Assembly (NCBI GenBank): GCA_031414955.1
Contig: JANOQV010000294.1
Coordinates: 1 to 37,439, forward strand
Reading direction: 5' to 3'
DNA from: Pedosphaera sp.
Lineage (GTDB): Bacteria; Verrucomicrobiota; Verrucomicrobiia; Limisphaerales; SIBH01
DNA: 37,439 nt
A model generated the notes under the pieces. That model ran no database searches. It worked only from the letters and a program-made list of their open reading frames with translations, and was not told the DNA's origin. Each line of letters starts with the position of its first letter. Position 1 is the stretch's first letter. Shown here in pieces: positions 37,169 to 37,439 of this stretch. The position numbers and the translations under genes are program-made.

Positions 37169-37439
37169 ACGCCCCAGTCGCGCGGGAGAAAACCGGTTTA
37201 CCCCAGGCCGTGGTCGTGGCGCGCGCGAACGCGGTGTGGTCCAGGCCGAGGACCGCGACGAAAAAGCCGCGCGCTCAAGATTTGGGCGTCAGGAAAAGTC
37301 CCAACGAGAGAGGCAATTGCAAAAGTCGGAGCGCCGCCAAACATGCGGCGCGACAACAGCCCGATAAAAAAAGATCCCCCAGGATTGCGGGGCTCCGCCA
37401 AAAAGGGTTTTTTAAACGCCGCGTGGATAGCAACGTAAT

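Noticed and set aside
37170..37439. Possible replication origin or 67-aa ORF at the window end
   Set aside because: Only one weak DnaA-like box and no coding signal. The context is cut by the window edge.

Overview
GC-rich bacterial chromosomal window. The gene content suggests Verrucomicrobiota/PVC (inference): planctomycete-type cytochrome c, tandem DUF1080, CotH and PQQ-propeller proteins, RpoD paralogue, double-domain NDK. Housekeeping genes are prfC, cysS, an erpA/iscA-type gene, an ndk-like gene and an HI0933 flavoprotein. They are mixed with secreted or sugar-catabolic genes and several families of short palindromic intergenic repeats. The standout is an ORF-free ~870-nt + strand unit (~29950-30825) with its own promoter-like site and intrinsic terminator. 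It folds into roughly twenty helices, nine capped by GNRA tetraloops, with a possible 5'-3' pseudoknot. It is a candidate giant structured non-coding RNA (GOLLD/ROOL-like size class) with no tRNA or prophage context. Other notable items: (1) a cytoplasmic thermolysin-like protease + MBL-fold hydrolase pair, a candidate protease-activated nuclease/defence module; (2) an RND permease fused in frame to its outer-membrane factor through an internal lipoprotein signal, in a TetR operon ending in a sigma70 gene; (3) a CotH kinase carrying a ~165-aa Thr-Asn hexapeptide repeat; (4) a phytase-like/HYR/PhoX-like fusion. All family calls come from motif recognition by eye; no searches were run.
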